DNA of 64,000 bases from Limibaculum sp. (GTDB lineage: Bacteria; Pseudomonadota; Alphaproteobacteria; Rhodobacterales; Rhodobacteraceae): contig JBDIVM010000006.1 of the NCBI GenBank assembly GCA_039805905.1, positions 120,827 to 184,826 of the forward strand, given 5' to 3'. The notes beneath the pieces are model-generated. The model was given only the letters and a program-made list of their open reading frames with translations, was not told where the DNA came from and ran no database searches. Both the position numbers and the translations under genes were made by a program. Of the stretch, positions 31,008-43,126 are shown piece by piece (positions within the stretch are counted from its first letter, which is position 1; every line of letters begins with the position of its first letter).

Positions 31008-31628
31008 ATGGAGACCGGCGAGATGACGGGCGGCTTCCGGCTGCTGCGCGGCTATCTCGGCCGCTCCGCGCAGGAGGCAATGGTCGCGGCACTGCGCGCC
31101 GTGATCGCCGAGGCGCCGCTGGTGACCCCGGTGACACCCTGGGGCAAGCCGATGTCGGTGCGGATGACATCGGCCGGGCGGCTCGGCTGGGTGATCGCGC
31201 GCGGCCGCTACGGCTATGCGGCCCTTCACCCGGACACCGGGCGGCCCTGGCCGGCGATCCCCGGCGCGGTGCTGGCGGCGTGGCGGGCGGTGTCCGGCTG
31301 GGAGGGCGATCCGGACTGCTGTCTGATCAACTGGTATGGCGCGGGCGCCCGCATGGGCCTCCACAGGGATGCGGACGAGGGCGAGGCCGGTTTCGCCGCG
31401 CCGGTCGTTTCGATCTCGCTCGGAGACCCCGCGCGCTTCCGCATGGGTGGCAGCGTCCGCAGCGACCCGACGACCAGCACGGTGCTTCGTTCCGGCGACG
31501 TGGTGGTCATGGGCGGTTCCGCACGGCTCGCCTATCACGGCATCGACCGGGTGCTGTTCGGCCAAGGCGACCTGCTGCCGGGCGGCGGGCGCATCAACGT
31601 CACGCTGCGGGTGGTGCGAAGCGCCTGA
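31008..31628 (+). CDS. alkB: AlkB-family 2-oxoglutarate/Fe(II) dioxygenase
   Basis: CLINWY, MGLHRDADE, SISLG, HGIDR, RINVTLR. Confidence 0.88.
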   Translation: METGEMTGGFRLLRGYLGRSAQEAMVAALRAVIAEAPLVTPVTPWGKPMSVRMTSAGRLGWVIARGRYGYAALHPDTGRPWPAIPGAVLAAWRAVSGWEGDPDCCLINWYGAGARMGLHRDADEGEAGFAAPVVSISLGDPARFRMGGSVRSDPTTSTVLRSGDVVVMGGSARLAYHGIDRVLFGQGDLLPGGGRINVTLRVVRSA

Positions 31629-31666
31629 AACGGTATAGTATCGCCGCGTACCCTGTGGAGCCTCGG

Positions 31667-32056
31667 ATGCAGCTTGTTGCGGTGATGCTGGCGGCGGCGG
31701 CCGGTTTCGGCAGCGGCGCCTTCTGGTATATGATCAACGGCGGCCGGTGGATGGCGGCGGTCGGTCTGACCGCGGCGGAGGCGAAGGCACAACCTTCGCC
31801 GCTGCCCTTCTTCATCGGCTTTCTGGCAAGCCTCCTGACCGCCGGTCTGATGCGCCACATCTTTGCGAGCGCAGGCGTCACCGGCATCGGCGGCGGGCTG
31901 ATCGGGGGATTCGGGGTGGGACTGTTCTTCGTCGCGCCCTGGATTCTGACCAATTACGCCTTTGCGCGCCGCCCGGTTGCGCTCTGGTGGATCGACGCCG
32001 GGCATGTGGTGCTGGCCTGCTCCGCCATCGGCCTGGTGCTCGGGCTGTTTCTCTGA
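31667..32056 (+). CDS. DUF1761 membrane protein
   Basis: Four TM segments; GAFWY, W...GL, IDAGH. Confidence 0.8.
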   Translation: MQLVAVMLAAAAGFGSGAFWYMINGGRWMAAVGLTAAEAKAQPSPLPFFIGFLASLLTAGLMRHIFASAGVTGIGGGLIGGFGVGLFFVAPWILTNYAFARRPVALWWIDAGHVVLACSAIGLVLGLFL

Positions 32057-32069
32057 CCATCGGCGCCCC

Positions 32070-32675
32070 TCAATAGAGCGCCTTCTGGTAACGCGCGATC
32101 GTCGCCTCGTCGCTCTCCGCCGGGCCGTCGATCCCGGCATGATCGCGGATCATCTCGCCCATCGGCGAGACCGGGCGCGTCGCCGGCCAAGCTTCCGGCT
32201 GCCACAGCCGCGAGCGCAGGAAGGCCTTGGCGCAGTGCAGGAACACCTCTGCGACCGCGACGCGGATCACGGTCAGCGGCAACCGGTCCCGGTGGGCGCA
32301 GGGCGCGAGCAGCGCGGGCTCGTCATGGATCGTCGCGGTGCCGTTGATCCGCAAGGTCTCGCGAACCGTCGGGATCAGGAAGATCAGACCGATGCCGGGA
32401 TTGACGAGCAGGTTCCGCATGCCGTCTATCCGCGCGTTGCCGGGCCAGTCCGGGATCAGCAGATGCGTGTCGTCCTCGACCACGACGAAGCCCGGCCGGT
32501 CGCCCTTCGGCGACACATCGAGCCGCGAGCCGTGGCCGGTCGCCATCAGCAGGAAGGGGCTCGCCGCGATGAAGGCGCGGCAGTGATGGTCGAGCCGGTC
32601 GATCTGCTTTGCCGCCGCGCGGGGCGACGGCGCGCCGTAGATCTCGCGCAGCCTGGATTCCGTGGCGACCGGCAT
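32070..32675 (-). CDS. Pyridoxamine 5'-phosphate oxidase-like FMN-binding protein
   Basis: DVSPKGDRPGF, IPDWPGNARIDG, NPGIGLIFLIP, HCAKAFLRS. Confidence 0.85.
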   Translation of the reverse strand: MPVATESRLREIYGAPSPRAAAKQIDRLDHHCRAFIAASPFLLMATGHGSRLDVSPKGDRPGFVVVEDDTHLLIPDWPGNARIDGMRNLLVNPGIGLIFLIPTVRETLRINGTATIHDEPALLAPCAHRDRLPLTVIRVAVAEVFLHCAKAFLRSRLWQPEAWPATRPVSPMGEMIRDHAGIDGPAESDEATIARYQKALY

Positions 32676-32708
32676 GGATCCCTCCTCCCCCTCGCCCTCG
32701 TGGCGGAT

Positions 32709-33383
32709 CTATTCCTTTGCGGCGGTCTCCGAAGGCGCGTCGACGCCGGCCGGCGCCTGCGGAGCGGCGCGGGCGATCCCGACCAGGGCGGGGCGCAGCA
32801 GCCTGCCCGCGATGGTGAAGCCCGCCTGCAGCACCTCGATCACCGTGCCCGGCACCGCCCCTGGGACCGGGGCCTCGAACATCGCCTGGTGCAGATTGGG
32901 ATCGAACTTCTCGCCCGTGTCCGGGCTGACCTTCTCGATCTTGTGCTTGGCGAAGGCGTTCAGGAGCTCGCGCTGAGTCAGCTCGACCCCCTCGATGAAG
33001 CCCTGGGCCTGGGATCTCAGGGCCTCGTCCACATGGCCGAGCGCCCGGTCGAGATTGTCGCAGACCTGCAGGAGGTCGCGGGCGAGCCGGGTTCCGGCAT
33101 AGGTCTCGGCGTCCTTGCGGTCGCGTTCGGCCCGGCGGCGCACGTTCTCGGCCTCGGCGAGCGCCCGGAGGAGCCGGTCCTTGAGTTCGGCATTCTCCGC
33201 GCTGAGCTGCGCCAGCCGCGCGGCATCGGCATCGGCGCCAGGGTCCGGCGTCCGTTGTTCCGGCGACGGCGCAGCCGTCCCGGCCGGCTCTGCGCTCGCC
33301 CCGGCCGGTTCGGGTTGCGCAAGGTCGGACGATGCGGAACCCGCCACATCCTCGCCGGGCTTCGGCGCGTTCTCGTCTGCCAT
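32709..33383 (-). CDS. grpE: Nucleotide exchange factor GrpE
   Basis: RALAEAENVRRR, FDPNLHQAM, GRLLRPALV. Confidence 0.95.
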   Translation of the reverse strand: MADENAPKPGEDVAGSASSDLAQPEPAGASAEPAGTAAPSPEQRTPDPGADADAARLAQLSAENAELKDRLLRALAEAENVRRRAERDRKDAETYAGTRLARDLLQVCDNLDRALGHVDEALRSQAQGFIEGVELTQRELLNAFAKHKIEKVSPDTGEKFDPNLHQAMFEAPVPGAVPGTVIEVLQAGFTIAGRLLRPALVGIARAAPQAPAGVDAPSETAAKE

Positions 33384-34468
33384 CAGCTGCCTCTCAGTTC
33401 GCTGCCCTTGCCGGTCATCATGCTGCCGACCAGCCGGGCGGTGTAGTCCACGATCGGAACGATCCGGCCGTAGTTCAGCCGGGTCGGGCCGATCACCCCG
33501 ATCGCGCCGATCACGCGCCGCTTCGAATCCGTATAGGGCGAGATAACGAGGGACGAGCCGGAAAGCGAGAACAGCTTGTTCTCCGAGCCTATGAACACGC
33601 GCACGCCATCCGCCCCCTCGGCGAGATCGAGCAGCTGCGCGATATCGCGCATCGATTCGAGGTCGTCGAAAAGCCGGCGCATGCGCTCGACCTCCTCGGC
33701 GCCCTGAAGCGGCTCGAGCAGATTGGCTCGGCCGCGCACGATCAGCCGCTCCGGGGGACCGGCGACGCCTTCGGACCAGAGCGCCGCGCCGCGCTCCACC
33801 AGCGCGGCGGCCAGCGCGTCCAGCTCGGTGCGCGCCGCCTCGATGCGCTGCGAGATCACCGCCTGGGCTTCGGTGATCGTCCGTCCAAGAAGATGGGCAT
33901 TGAGGAAGTTCGCCGCCTCGCGCATCGACGAGGGGGTCAGTCCGCGCGGCGGCTCGAAGACCCGGTTCTCGACGGTGCCGTCCTCGGTCACCAGCACGGC
34001 CAGCGCGCGATCCTGCCCGAGCGAGATGAACTCCACATGCCGGATCGGTGCGTCCTTCTTGGGTGCGAAGACCAGGCTTGCGCAATGCGACAGGCCCGAG
34101 AGCAGGGAGCCGGCCTCGTCGAGCAGCGCGCCGAAATCGTCGTCCCTGCCGACCAGCGACCGCTCGATCTGGTCACGCTCATCCTGCGAGATCATGCCGA
34201 TCTCGAGCACCCCGTCGACGAAGAGCCGCAGCCCGAGCTGGGTTGGCACCCGCCCCGCGGAGACATGCGGGCTGCCGAGCAGGCCCAGCTCCTCCATGTC
34301 CTGCATCACGTTGCGGATCGTGGCCGGCGAGAGGTTCATCGCCACCGCGCGCGACAGCGTGCGCGAGCCGACCGGCTCGCCGGTGGCAAGGTAGGTCTCC
34401 ACGAGCCGCCGGAAGATCTCGCGGCTGCGCTCGTTCAGGTCATCGAGGCTCGGCGCTGGCACTGCCAT
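33383..34468 (-). CDS. hrcA: Heat-inducible transcription repressor
   Basis: [35 protein letters not shown]. Confidence 0.96.
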   Translation of the reverse strand: MAVPAPSLDDLNERSREIFRRLVETYLATGEPVGSRTLSRAVAMNLSPATIRNVMQDMEELGLLGSPHVSAGRVPTQLGLRLFVDGVLEIGMISQDERDQIERSLVGRDDDFGALLDEAGSLLSGLSHCASLVFAPKKDAPIRHVEFISLGQDRALAVLVTEDGTVENRVFEPPRGLTPSSMREAANFLNAHLLGRTITEAQAVISQRIEAARTELDALAAALVERGAALWSEGVAGPPERLIVRGRANLLEPLQGAEEVERMRRLFDDLESMRDIAQLLDLAEGADGVRVFIGSENKLFSLSGSSLVISPYTDSKRRVIGAIGVIGPTRLNYGRIVPIVDYTARLVGSMMTGKGSELRGS

Positions 34469-34655
34469 GACCCGATCCTTTACCCGGCTATCGCTGTCCC
34501 ATGCCCGATTGTCACGCGCTACACCTAATTATCCCGGTTGCCCCGGTCAATTCTGCGGCATCGCCCGGTGCAGCGCTGGACGGACCGGGCGATGGCCGCT
34601 AAACACACCCGGGCCATTGAAACCGCTGCGAGCTTGCCGAAACACGGAGATTACC

Positions 34656-35366
34656 ATGCGCCCTTCGGGCCGCCGCGTCGACGAGATGCGCCACGTCACC
34701 ATCGAGACCCGGGTCAACCGCCACGCCGAAGGCTCGGCGCTGATCCGCTTCGGCGAGACCCATGTGCTCTGCACGGCGTCGATCGACGAGAAGGCGCCGC
34801 CCTTCCTGCGCAATTCCGGGCTCGGCTGGGTCACCGCGGAATACGGGATGCTGCCGCGGGCCACGAATACCCGGACCCGGCGCGAGGCGAAGAACGGCCA
34901 GTCCGGCCGCACCCAGGAGATCCAGCGCCTGATCGGCCGCGCGCTCCGGGCCGGGACCGACCGGGTGGTGATGGGCGAACGGCAGATCGTGATCGACTGC
35001 GACGTGCTGCAGGCCGACGGCGGCACGCGCACTGCGGCGATCACCGGCGGCTGGGTGGCGCTCTGGCTCGCAGCGGAGAAGCTGGTGGCGGCAAAGGAAT
35101 GCATCGAGAACCCGATCAGCCAGCACATCGCCGCCGTGTCCTGCGGGGTGCATGGCGGGCAGGTGGTGCTCGATCTCGACTATGCCGAGGACTCGGATGC
35201 CGGCACGGACGCGAACTTCGTGATGACCGGCACGGGCGGCATGGTCGAGGTGCAGGCCTCGGCGGAGGGCGCGACCTTCTCCGAGCAGGAATTCCACGAC
35301 ATGCTGGCGCTGGCCCGCAAGGGCATCGCCGAGCTGGTCGCGGCGCAGAAGGCTGCGCTGGGGTGA
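34656..35366 (+). CDS. rph: Ribonuclease PH
   Basis: [37 protein letters not shown]. Confidence 0.97.
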   Translation: MRPSGRRVDEMRHVTIETRVNRHAEGSALIRFGETHVLCTASIDEKAPPFLRNSGLGWVTAEYGMLPRATNTRTRREAKNGQSGRTQEIQRLIGRALRAGTDRVVMGERQIVIDCDVLQADGGTRTAAITGGWVALWLAAEKLVAAKECIENPISQHIAAVSCGVHGGQVVLDLDYAEDSDAGTDANFVMTGTGGMVEVQASAEGATFSEQEFHDMLALARKGIAELVAAQKAALG

Positions 35367-35977
35367 CTCGGCGCTTCCGCGAGAGGAGGCTCGTCGTCGC
35401 CTCGCACAACGCGGGCAAGGTGCGTGAGATCGGCGAGCTGATCCGGCCCTACGGGGTCGAGGCCGTCTCCGCCGCCGCACTCGGGCTTGCCGAGCCGGAT
35501 GAGACCGAGACCAGTTTCGAGGGCAACGCCCGGCTGAAGGCCCATGCCGCAGCCTCGGCTGCCGGCCTGCCGGCGCTCGCCGACGACAGCGGCCTCGCCG
35601 TCGAGGCGCTGGGCGGCGCGCCCGGCATCCACTCGGCGCGCTGGGCCGAGACGCCCGCAGGCCGCGATTTCGGCCACGCGATGAACAGGGTCCGGGAGCG
35701 CCTCGAAGCGCTCCGCGCGCCCACGCCCTGGCGTGCCGCGTTCATCTGCGCCTTGACGCTGGCATGGCCGGACGGGCATGACGAGATGTTCCTCGGGCGC
35801 TGTGCGGGGCATCTCGTCTGGCCGCCGCGGGGCGACAAGGGTTTCGGCTACGACCCCATGTTTGTGGCCGACGGGCATCTGATGACATTCGGCGAGATGG
35901 AACCTGCCGCAAAGCATGCGATCAGTCACCGGGCGGATGCCTTCCGCCAGCTCGCCGCCGCCTGCTTCGGAGCCTGA
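35363..35977 (+). CDS. rdgB: dITP/XTP pyrophosphatase
   Basis: [26 protein letters not shown]. Confidence 0.95.
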   Translation: MTRRFRERRLVVASHNAGKVREIGELIRPYGVEAVSAAALGLAEPDETETSFEGNARLKAHAAASAAGLPALADDSGLAVEALGGAPGIHSARWAETPAGRDFGHAMNRVRERLEALRAPTPWRAAFICALTLAWPDGHDEMFLGRCAGHLVWPPRGDKGFGYDPMFVADGHLMTFGEMEPAAKHAISHRADAFRQLAAACFGA

Positions 35978-35980
35978 GCG

Positions 35981-36148
35981 ATGGACAAGCCCGATCGGAA
36001 CGCCTTCGCGCGCCGGAATGCGAACTGGCTGATTCCGGCTTTCGGCGCCGTCCTGCTGGTCGGCATTCTCGTCCAGAACCTCTTCGCCTTGGCCGGCGGC
36101 GCAGGCGGGCTCGCCTGGGTCGCCTGGGGGGTCTGGAAGACGCGATGA
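35981..36148 (+). CDS. 55-aa small membrane protein (below ORF-track cutoff)
   Basis: MDKPDRNAFARRNANWLIPAFGAVLLVGILVQNLFALAGGAGGLAWVAWGVWKTR; fills the rdgB-hemW gap exactly, with ATGA overlap on hemW. Confidence 0.6.
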   Translation: MDKPDRNAFARRNANWLIPAFGAVLLVGILVQNLFALAGGAGGLAWVAWGVWKTR

Positions 36149-37314
36149 GCGCCGGTCCCCTGGCGGACTGGCGGGCGGGCGGTTTCGGCCTCTATGTGCA
36201 CTGGCCGTTCTGCCTCGCCAAATGTCCCTATTGCGACTTCAATTCCCATGTCGCGCGCAGCGTCGACCATGCCGCCTGGCGCCAGGCCCTGGTCGCAGAG
36301 ATGCGCCACATGCGGACGCTCACCGGGCCGCGCCGGCTCGACACGGTCTTCTTCGGCGGCGGCACGCCGAGCCTGATGGAGCCCGCGACCGTCGGCGCCC
36401 TGATCGGCGAGGCGGCGCGGCTCTGGGACATTGCGCCTGAAACCGAGATCACGCTCGAGGCCAACCCGACCAGCACCGAGGCGGCGAAGTTCCGCGCCTA
36501 TGCGGCTGCCGGCGTCAACCGGCTGTCGCTCGGGGTGCAGGCGCTGAGCGACGCCGATCTCCGCGCGCTCGGCCGGAAGCACACCGCCGCCGAAGCGACG
36601 GCGGCGTTCGACGTGGCGCGCGCGGCCTTCCCGCGGGTGAGCTTCGACCTCATCTATGCCCGCATGGGGCAGGCCGTGGCCGACTGGGAGCGCGAGCTAT
36701 CCGAGGCACTGACGATGGCCGTGGACCACCTTTCGCTCTATCAGCTCACCATCGAGCCGGGCACCCGCTTCGGCGAGCTGTATGATCTCGGCAGACTGAA
36801 GGTTCCCGCCGACGAGGTGGCGGCGGAGATGTACGGGCTGACCCAGGCGATGACCGAGACTGCCGGCCTGCCGGCCTATGAGATCTCGAACCATGCCCGG
36901 CCGGGAGCCTCGAGCCGGCACAACCTCGTCTATTGGCGTTATGGCGACTATGCCGGCATCGGCCCTGGCGCGCACGGCCGGCTGACCGGCGCCGATGACG
37001 TGCGGGTCGCCACGGTGACCGCCCGCGACCCCTCCCGCTGGCTGCGGGCCGCCGGCGAGGCGGGGCACGCCATCGTCGAGCAGGCGGCCATCGCGCCGCC
37101 CGACCAGGCGACCGAGTACATGCTGATGGCACTCCGGCTTTCGGAGGGGGCCGATCCGGCACGGTACCACCGGCTCGCCGGCGCACCGCTGGCGGAGGAG
37201 CGGATCGCGGCGCTGGAGGCCGGGGGGCTGCTGGTCCGGCAGCAGGGCAGACTGGCGGCGACGCCCGCGGGCCGGATCGTCCTCAACCGCGTGCTTGCCG
37301 AGCTGCTGGAATGA
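36145..37314 (+). CDS. hemW: Radical SAM heme chaperone HemW
   Basis: YVHWPFCLAKCPYCDFNS, GGGTPS, EANP, YEISN; rph-rdgB-hemW order. Confidence 0.93.
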   Translation: MSAGPLADWRAGGFGLYVHWPFCLAKCPYCDFNSHVARSVDHAAWRQALVAEMRHMRTLTGPRRLDTVFFGGGTPSLMEPATVGALIGEAARLWDIAPETEITLEANPTSTEAAKFRAYAAAGVNRLSLGVQALSDADLRALGRKHTAAEATAAFDVARAAFPRVSFDLIYARMGQAVADWERELSEALTMAVDHLSLYQLTIEPGTRFGELYDLGRLKVPADEVAAEMYGLTQAMTETAGLPAYEISNHARPGASSRHNLVYWRYGDYAGIGPGAHGRLTGADDVRVATVTARDPSRWLRAAGEAGHAIVEQAAIAPPDQATEYMLMALRLSEGADPARYHRLAGAPLAEERIAALEAGGLLVRQQGRLAATPAGRIVLNRVLAELLE

Positions 37315-37676
37315 CGCGGCTCTTCTGGAACGCCTGCGGGCTGGTCCTCGTCGCGGTCGGGATCGTCGGCGCCTTCGTGCCGCTGCTGCCGACCGTGGTG
37401 TTCATGCTGCTGGCCGCCTTCTGCTTCGCCCGCGGCTCGCGGCGGCTGCATGACTGGCTCCTGAACCACCGCCGCTTCGGACCACCGATCCGCGACTGGC
37501 ACGAGAACGGCGCCATCCGCCGCCCGGCCAAGCGCATGGCGATGGCTGCGATCGCGCTCAGCTTCGCGCTTTCGGCCGGGATCGGCGTCAGGCCCTGGGT
37601 GCTGGGCCTGCAGGCGCTGGCGCTGGGCGCGGTCAGCATCTTCATCCTGACCCGGCCGGAGGGGCCGCGGGCCTGA
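37311..37676 (+). CDS. ybaN: YbaN (DUF454) membrane protein
   Basis: PLLPTVVF, FARGS..LH.WL, FGPPIRDW. Confidence 0.88.
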   Translation: MTRLFWNACGLVLVAVGIVGAFVPLLPTVVFMLLAAFCFARGSRRLHDWLLNHRRFGPPIRDWHENGAIRRPAKRMAMAAIALSFALSAGIGVRPWVLGLQALALGAVSIFILTRPEGPRA

Positions 37677-37703
37677 ATCCCGCCCCGCCGCCGCCACCCT
37701 ACG

Positions 37704-40352
37704 TCATTCCTCCGGCAGCATCCCCCGGAGCTCATAGATCAGCTCCAGCGCCTCGCGCGGGGTCAAGTGATCCGGGATCACCTCCCTCAGCCGCGCCTCG
37801 GCGGCTGAATTCCTCGCCGGAGCTGCGGATTGCGTCACCCGCGCCTGGAACAGCGGCAACCCGTCGGTCAGCGCGGCGGCGCCGCCGCGCTCGCTCGCCT
37901 CGAGCCGCTCCAGCACCTCGCGGGCCCGCGCGATCACGCTCGCGGGCAGGCCGGCGAGCCGGGCCACCTGCACCCCGTAGGACCGGTCGGCCGCCCCGGG
38001 GCGCACTTCGTGCAGGAAGATCACCTCGCCCTCCCATTCGCGCACGGCGACGGTTGCGCAATGGAGGTTCGAGAGCCGCCCGGCGAGCGCGGTCAGCTCG
38101 TGGTAATGGGTCGCGAACAGGCCCCGGCAGCGGTTGACCTCGTGCAGGTGCTCGAGGGTGGCCCAGGCGATCGAGAGTCCGTCATAGGTTGCCGTGCCGC
38201 GCCCGATCTCGTCGAGGATCACCAGCGCTCCCGGCCCGGCCTGGTTCAGGATCGCCGCCGTCTCGACCATCTCGACCATGAAGGTCGACCGGCCCCGCGC
38301 CAGATCGTCGGCTGCCCCGACCCGGCTGAACAGCTGGTCCACCACGCCCAACCGCGCGTGCTCGGCAGGCACGAAGCTGCCGGTCTGGGCGAGGATCGCG
38401 ATCAGGGCGTTCTGGCGCAGGAAGGTCGACTTCCCGGCCATGTTCGGACCGGTCAGCAGCCAGACCGGCGCCGGGCCGTCGCCCGCCGCCGAGAGGTCGC
38501 AGTCGTTGGCGACGAAGCTTTCGCCCCGGCGCCTCAGCGCCTGCTCGACCACCGGATGCCGGCCCGCCTTGACCTCGAAGGCGCGGCCCGCCTCCAGCAC
38601 GGGCCGGGTCCAGCGCTCCTCGACCGCCAGCACCGCGTTGGCCGCCGCCACGTCCAGCGCGGCGATGGCGCGGGCCGCGGCGCCGATCTCGGCCTGGCGT
38701 GCCAGCACGGCGTTGCGCAGTTCGCCGAATATCCGCTTCTCGATCTCCAGCGCCCGTGCGCCGGCATTGACGATCCGGCTCTCGAGCTCGGAAAGCTGCA
38801 CGGTGGTGAAGCGCACCGCCCCGGCCAGCGTCTGGCGATGGATGAAGCTGCCCGAGAGCGGCGGCGACAGCATCCGCTCCGCGTGGCGAGCGGTCGTCTC
38901 GATATAGTAGCCGAGCACATTGTTGTGCCGGATCTTCAGCGAGTCGATCCCGGTCTCGGCCGCATACTCCGCCTGCAGCGCCGCGATCACGCCCCGCCCC
39001 TCGTCGCGGAGCTTCCGCGCCTCGTCGAGCCCGGCGTCGTATCCCTCCGCGACGAAGCCGCCGTCCCGCGCCAGCAGCGGCGGCTCGGCCACCAGCGCCG
39101 CCTCCAGCAAGCCGACCGTCTCCCCGTGACCGCGCAGCGCCGTGGCCGCCTCGGCGATCAGCGCCGGCAGATCCGCCGCCTCCAGCTCCGCGGCCATCTC
39201 GCCCGCCTGCGCCAGCCCCGCCCCTATCGCGGCCAGATCGCGCGGCCCCGCCCGGTCGAGCGCCAGGCGCGCCAGCGCCCGCTCGACCTCCGGCACCCGG
39301 CGGAGCCGCTCGCGGAGCGCCCCGGCGAGCTTCCGGTCCCCGGAAAGCCGCTCGACTGCATCGAGCCGCGCGCCGATCTCCACCACCCCGGTCAGCGGGG
39401 CGGCGAGCCGCGTCTCGAGCAACCGCGCGCCGGCCCCGGTCAGGGTCCGGTCGATCGCGGTCAGGAGCGACCCCTCGCGCGCGCCCGAGAGCGAGCGCGC
39501 CAGCTCGAGGTTCCGCCGCGTCGCGGCGTCGATCCGCATCACGCCGCCCGCCGCCTCGCGCCGCGGCGGGCGCATCAGCGGCAGCCGGCCCTTCTGGGTC
39601 AGCTCGATATAGTCAGCGAGCGCCCCCAGCGCCGCGAGCTCGGGCCGGGTGAAGCTGCCGAACGAGTCGAGCGCCGCCACCCGGTAGAGCGCCTTCAGCC
39701 GCGCCTCGGCGGCAGCCGAATCGAAGCTCGCGGCCCCGAGCGGCGTCGCCACCGCCCCGGCGTCCTCGATCTGCGCCATCAGCACGGGGTCCTCGAAGGC
39801 CGCGTCAAGCACCAGCACCTCGCGCGGGGCAATGCGCGCCAGCCCCGGCCCCAGCGCCGCCCGGCCGGTCTCGCTCACGCCCAGGTCGCCGGTCGAGACG
39901 TCGGCCCAGGCCAGCGCCCCCTCGCCCCTGACCTCGGCCCAGGCGGCGAGGAAGTTGTGCCGGCGCGCGTCGAGCAGCGTGTCCTCGGTCAGCGTGCCGG
40001 GGGTGACGAGGCGCACCACCTCGCGCTTCACCACCGCCTTCGCGCCGCGCTTCTTCGCCTCGGCAGGATCCTCCATCTGCTCGCAGACCGCGACCCGGAA
40101 GCCCTTGCGGATCAGGGTCAGGAGGTAGCTCTCGGCAGCATGGACGGGGACGCCGCACATCTGGATGTCCTCGCCCAGATGCCTGCCGCGCTTCGTCAGG
40201 GCGATGTCGAGCGCCGCGGCCGCCTGCACCGCATCGTCGAAGAACAGTTCGTAGAAATCCCCCATGCGGTAGAACAGCAGCGCGTCGGCGTGCGCCGCCT
40301 TGATCTTCAGGTATTGCGCCATCATCGGCGTGACGGCCGAAGAATCGTCCAT
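37704..40352 (-). CDS. mutS: DNA mismatch repair protein MutS
   Basis: [46 protein letters not shown]. Confidence 0.98.
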   Translation of the reverse strand: MDDSSAVTPMMAQYLKIKAAHADALLFYRMGDFYELFFDDAVQAAAALDIALTKRGRHLGEDIQMCGVPVHAAESYLLTLIRKGFRVAVCEQMEDPAEAKKRGAKAVVKREVVRLVTPGTLTEDTLLDARRHNFLAAWAEVRGEGALAWADVSTGDLGVSETGRAALGPGLARIAPREVLVLDAAFEDPVLMAQIEDAGAVATPLGAASFDSAAAEARLKALYRVAALDSFGSFTRPELAALGALADYIELTQKGRLPLMRPPRREAAGGVMRIDAATRRNLELARSLSGAREGSLLTAIDRTLTGAGARLLETRLAAPLTGVVEIGARLDAVERLSGDRKLAGALRERLRRVPEVERALARLALDRAGPRDLAAIGAGLAQAGEMAAELEAADLPALIAEAATALRGHGETVGLLEAALVAEPPLLARDGGFVAEGYDAGLDEARKLRDEGRGVIAALQAEYAAETGIDSLKIRHNNVLGYYIETTARHAERMLSPPLSGSFIHRQTLAGAVRFTTVQLSELESRIVNAGARALEIEKRIFGELRNAVLARQAEIGAAARAIAALDVAAANAVLAVEERWTRPVLEAGRAFEVKAGRHPVVEQALRRRGESFVANDCDLSAAGDGPAPVWLLTGPNMAGKSTFLRQNALIAILAQTGSFVPAEHARLGVVDQLFSRVGAADDLARGRSTFMVEMVETAAILNQAGPGALVILDEIGRGTATYDGLSIAWATLEHLHEVNRCRGLFATHYHELTALAGRLSNLHCATVAVREWEGEVIFLHEVRPGAADRSYGVQVARLAGLPASVIARAREVLERLEASERGGAAALTDGLPLFQARVTQSAAPARNSAAEARLREVIPDHLTPREALELIYELRGMLPEE

Positions 40353-40499
40353 GCCGGCCTTCCGGATATGTCGCTGCCGCGGCCGCCTCGATAGCACGGC
40401 CCATGGCCGGTGGGGAAATCCCGCGTGCCGGAAAGGAATGCGGCTGCCCGGCCCCGGAATCCCGGATAATCCGGTTGCGACTCTCTGGCGCTTGGTGCA

Positions 40500-40511
40500 T
40501 GGTATACCACG
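40500..40511. promoter_or_regulatory. Putative GntR operator (copy 1)
   Basis: TGGTATACCACG palindrome 72 bp upstream of gntR; identical copy at 48059. Confidence 0.75.
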
Positions 40512-40582
40512 AACACCGGCGCACGGCTCTCAGCCGTCGGCATTGAATGCGGCGGGCATCGGCAGCTGATGGGGAGGAATGC

Positions 40583-41293
40583 ATGGGCAAGACCCTGGAC
40601 CTCAAGCCGGTGGATGGCTCCTTCAGCCTGAAGGAGCACATCTATGACGTGCTCAAGACCAGCATCATGGATCTGGACATCTACGAGCCCGACACCAACC
40701 TGCGCATGGACGAACGGACTCTGGCGGAGCGGCTCGGAATCAGCCGCACGCCGATCCGCGAGGCGATCATGCGGCTCGAGCAGGAGGGATTCGTCGAGAT
40801 CGCACCGCGCCGGGGCGTCTACATCAAGCGCAAGAGCCTCGACGAGATCCTCGAGATGATCACCGTCTGGGCGGCGCTCGAGAGCATGGCCGCCCGCATC
40901 GCCTGCGGGCGCGCGAGCGACGTCGAGATCGCCCGGCTCCGCCGGATCGCCGCACCATTCAACAAGGACAAGGCCAGGGCGCAGATCAGCGAGTACTCCG
41001 AGGCGAACATCGAATTCCACCTCTGCGTGCTCGGCCTCTCAGGGTGCCGGATGCTGCAGGACATTGCCAACGGGCTGTTCACCCACCTGAAGGCGGTGCG
41101 CCGCAAGGCGCTGCAGGACACCGCCCGTGCGGACCGTTCGGTGGTCGACCACATGAACATCATCCAGGCGATCGAGGAGCGGAATGCCGACCTCGCCGCC
41201 GAACTCGTCCGTGAGCATACGTTCCGGCTGCACGACTATATCCGCCGGAGCTGGAAGATGATCGTCGGCCCTGCCCAGGCGGGCGAGGCCTGA
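40583..41293 (+). CDS. GntR-family (FCD domain) transcriptional regulator
   Basis: [18 protein letters not shown]; C-terminal ANIEFH...DHMNII. Confidence 0.92.
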   Translation: MGKTLDLKPVDGSFSLKEHIYDVLKTSIMDLDIYEPDTNLRMDERTLAERLGISRTPIREAIMRLEQEGFVEIAPRRGVYIKRKSLDEILEMITVWAALESMAARIACGRASDVEIARLRRIAAPFNKDKARAQISEYSEANIEFHLCVLGLSGCRMLQDIANGLFTHLKAVRRKALQDTARADRSVVDHMNIIQAIEERNADLAAELVREHTFRLHDYIRRSWKMIVGPAQAGEA

Positions 41294-41325
41294 CGCCGGC
41301 ATTCGAGAATCAGGGGAGAAGACGC

Positions 41326-43065
41326 ATGGCAGTGGCACCGAGCATGGCGCCCGAACCGACCGCCGAGGCAACGCAGGAACTGACCGATGGGTTCCATCTG
41401 GTCATCGATGCGCTGAAGCTGAACGGCGTGAAGACGATCTATCATGTGCCCGGGATTCCGGTGACGGATCTCGGCCGCATGGCCCAGGCCGAGGGCATCC
41501 GGGTGATCTCGTTCCGACACGAGTCGAACGCGGGCAATGCCGCGGCCATCGCGGGCTACCTGACGAGGAAGCCGGGCATCTGCCTCACCGTGTCCGCGCC
41601 GGGGTTCCTGAACGGCCTCGTCTCGCTCGCCCATGCCACGACCAACTGCTGGCCGATGATCCTGATTTCCGGCTCCTCCGAGCGCGAGATCGTCGACCTG
41701 CAGAAGGGCGACTACGAGGAGATGGACCAGCTCGCCATCGCCAAGCCGCTCTGCAAGGCCGCCTACCGGATCCTGAAGGCCGAGGACATCGGCACTGGTG
41801 TGGCACGGGCCATCCGCGCCGCGGTCTCGGGCCGCCCGGGCGGGGTCTATCTCGACCTGCCGGCCAGCCTGCTCGGCCAGGTCATGGACGCGGCCGAGGG
41901 CGCAAAGTCGCTGGTCAAGGTCGTGGACCCCGCCCCGGCGCAGTTCCCGGCGCCGGCCGCCATCGAGCGGGTCATCGAGGTGCTGAAGAGCGCGAAGAAG
42001 CCGCTCATCATCCTCGGCAAGGGCGCCGCCTACGCCCAGTGCGACGACAGCGTGCGCCGCTTCGTCGAGACCTCGGGCATCCCCTATATCGCGATGTCGA
42101 TGGCAAAGGGTCTTCTCCCCGATGACCATCCGCAATACGCGGGCGCCGCGCGCTCGCTGGTGCTGGCCGAGTCGGATGTGGTCATGCTGATCGGGGCACG
42201 GCTCAACTGGCTCCTGTCGCACGGACGCGGCAAGCAGTGGGGCAGGCCCCACTCCAAGACTTTCGTCCACATCGACATCGACCCGAAGGAGATGGACTCG
42301 AACCAGCCCGTCGCCGCGCCGCTGGTGGGCGACATCGAGTCGTGCCTTGGCGCCCTGCTCGACAGGATGGGGCCGGGCTGGGCGAGGCCGCCCGCCGAAT
42401 GGACGGGCATGGTGCGCGAGAAGGCCGCGGCGAATGTCGCGAAGATGGCCCCGAAGCTCATGAACAACAACGTGCCGATGGATTTCCACGGCGCGCTGGG
42501 CCGGCTGAAGAAGATCATCGCCGATCACCCGGACGCGATCCTGGTGAACGAAGGTGCCAACACGCTCGACTTCGCCCGCTCGGTCATCGACATGGCGAAG
42601 CCCCGGAAGCGGCTCGATGTCGGGACATGGGGGGTGATGGGCATCGGAATGGGCAGCGCAATCGCCGCCGCGATCGAGACCGGCCAGAATGTCATTGCGG
42701 TCGAGGGCGACTCGGCCTTCGGCTTCTCCGGCATGGAGGTCGAGACCATATGCCGCTACGGCCTCCCGGTCTGCGTCGTGATCTTCAACAACTCCGGCAT
42801 CTACCGGGGCACCGACACCGACCCGACGGGGCGCGACCCGGGCACCACGGTGTTCGTCAGGGAATCCAGGTATCACATGATGATGGAGGCCTTCGGCGGT
42901 ATCGGGGTCGAGGCCCGCTCGCCGGACGACCTCGAACGGGCGGTGCGCGACGCCATCGCGTCCCGCAGGCCGACCCTGGTCAACGCCATCATCGACCCGC
43001 AGGCCGGGACCGAATCCGGGCGGATCGGCAATCTCAATCCGCAGAGTGCCGTCAAGAAGAAGTGA
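41326..43065 (+). CDS. oxc: Oxalyl-CoA decarboxylase
   Basis: [55 protein letters not shown]. Confidence 0.96.
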   Translation: MAVAPSMAPEPTAEATQELTDGFHLVIDALKLNGVKTIYHVPGIPVTDLGRMAQAEGIRVISFRHESNAGNAAAIAGYLTRKPGICLTVSAPGFLNGLVSLAHATTNCWPMILISGSSEREIVDLQKGDYEEMDQLAIAKPLCKAAYRILKAEDIGTGVARAIRAAVSGRPGGVYLDLPASLLGQVMDAAEGAKSLVKVVDPAPAQFPAPAAIERVIEVLKSAKKPLIILGKGAAYAQCDDSVRRFVETSGIPYIAMSMAKGLLPDDHPQYAGAARSLVLAESDVVMLIGARLNWLLSHGRGKQWGRPHSKTFVHIDIDPKEMDSNQPVAAPLVGDIESCLGALLDRMGPGWARPPAEWTGMVREKAAANVAKMAPKLMNNNVPMDFHGALGRLKKIIADHPDAILVNEGANTLDFARSVIDMAKPRKRLDVGTWGVMGIGMGSAIAAAIETGQNVIAVEGDSAFGFSGMEVETICRYGLPVCVVIFNNSGIYRGTDTDPTGRDPGTTVFVRESRYHMMMEAFGGIGVEARSPDDLERAVRDAIASRRPTLVNAIIDPQAGTESGRIGNLNPQSAVKKK

Positions 43066-43126
43066 TCCGCCGCCGCGGCGCGTGGCGGCAGAAGAACAAC
43101 ATCCCTCAAGCGAACAGGGGAATGAC

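Noticed and set aside
37830-40394. 854-aa ORF antisense to mutS, and similar long Arg/Pro/Gly-rich ORFs throughout (e.g. 41236-43263, 49121-51346, 8455-10272)
   Set aside because: Shadow ORFs fully overlapping recognisable genes; no motifs; stop codons are rare in high-GC DNA.
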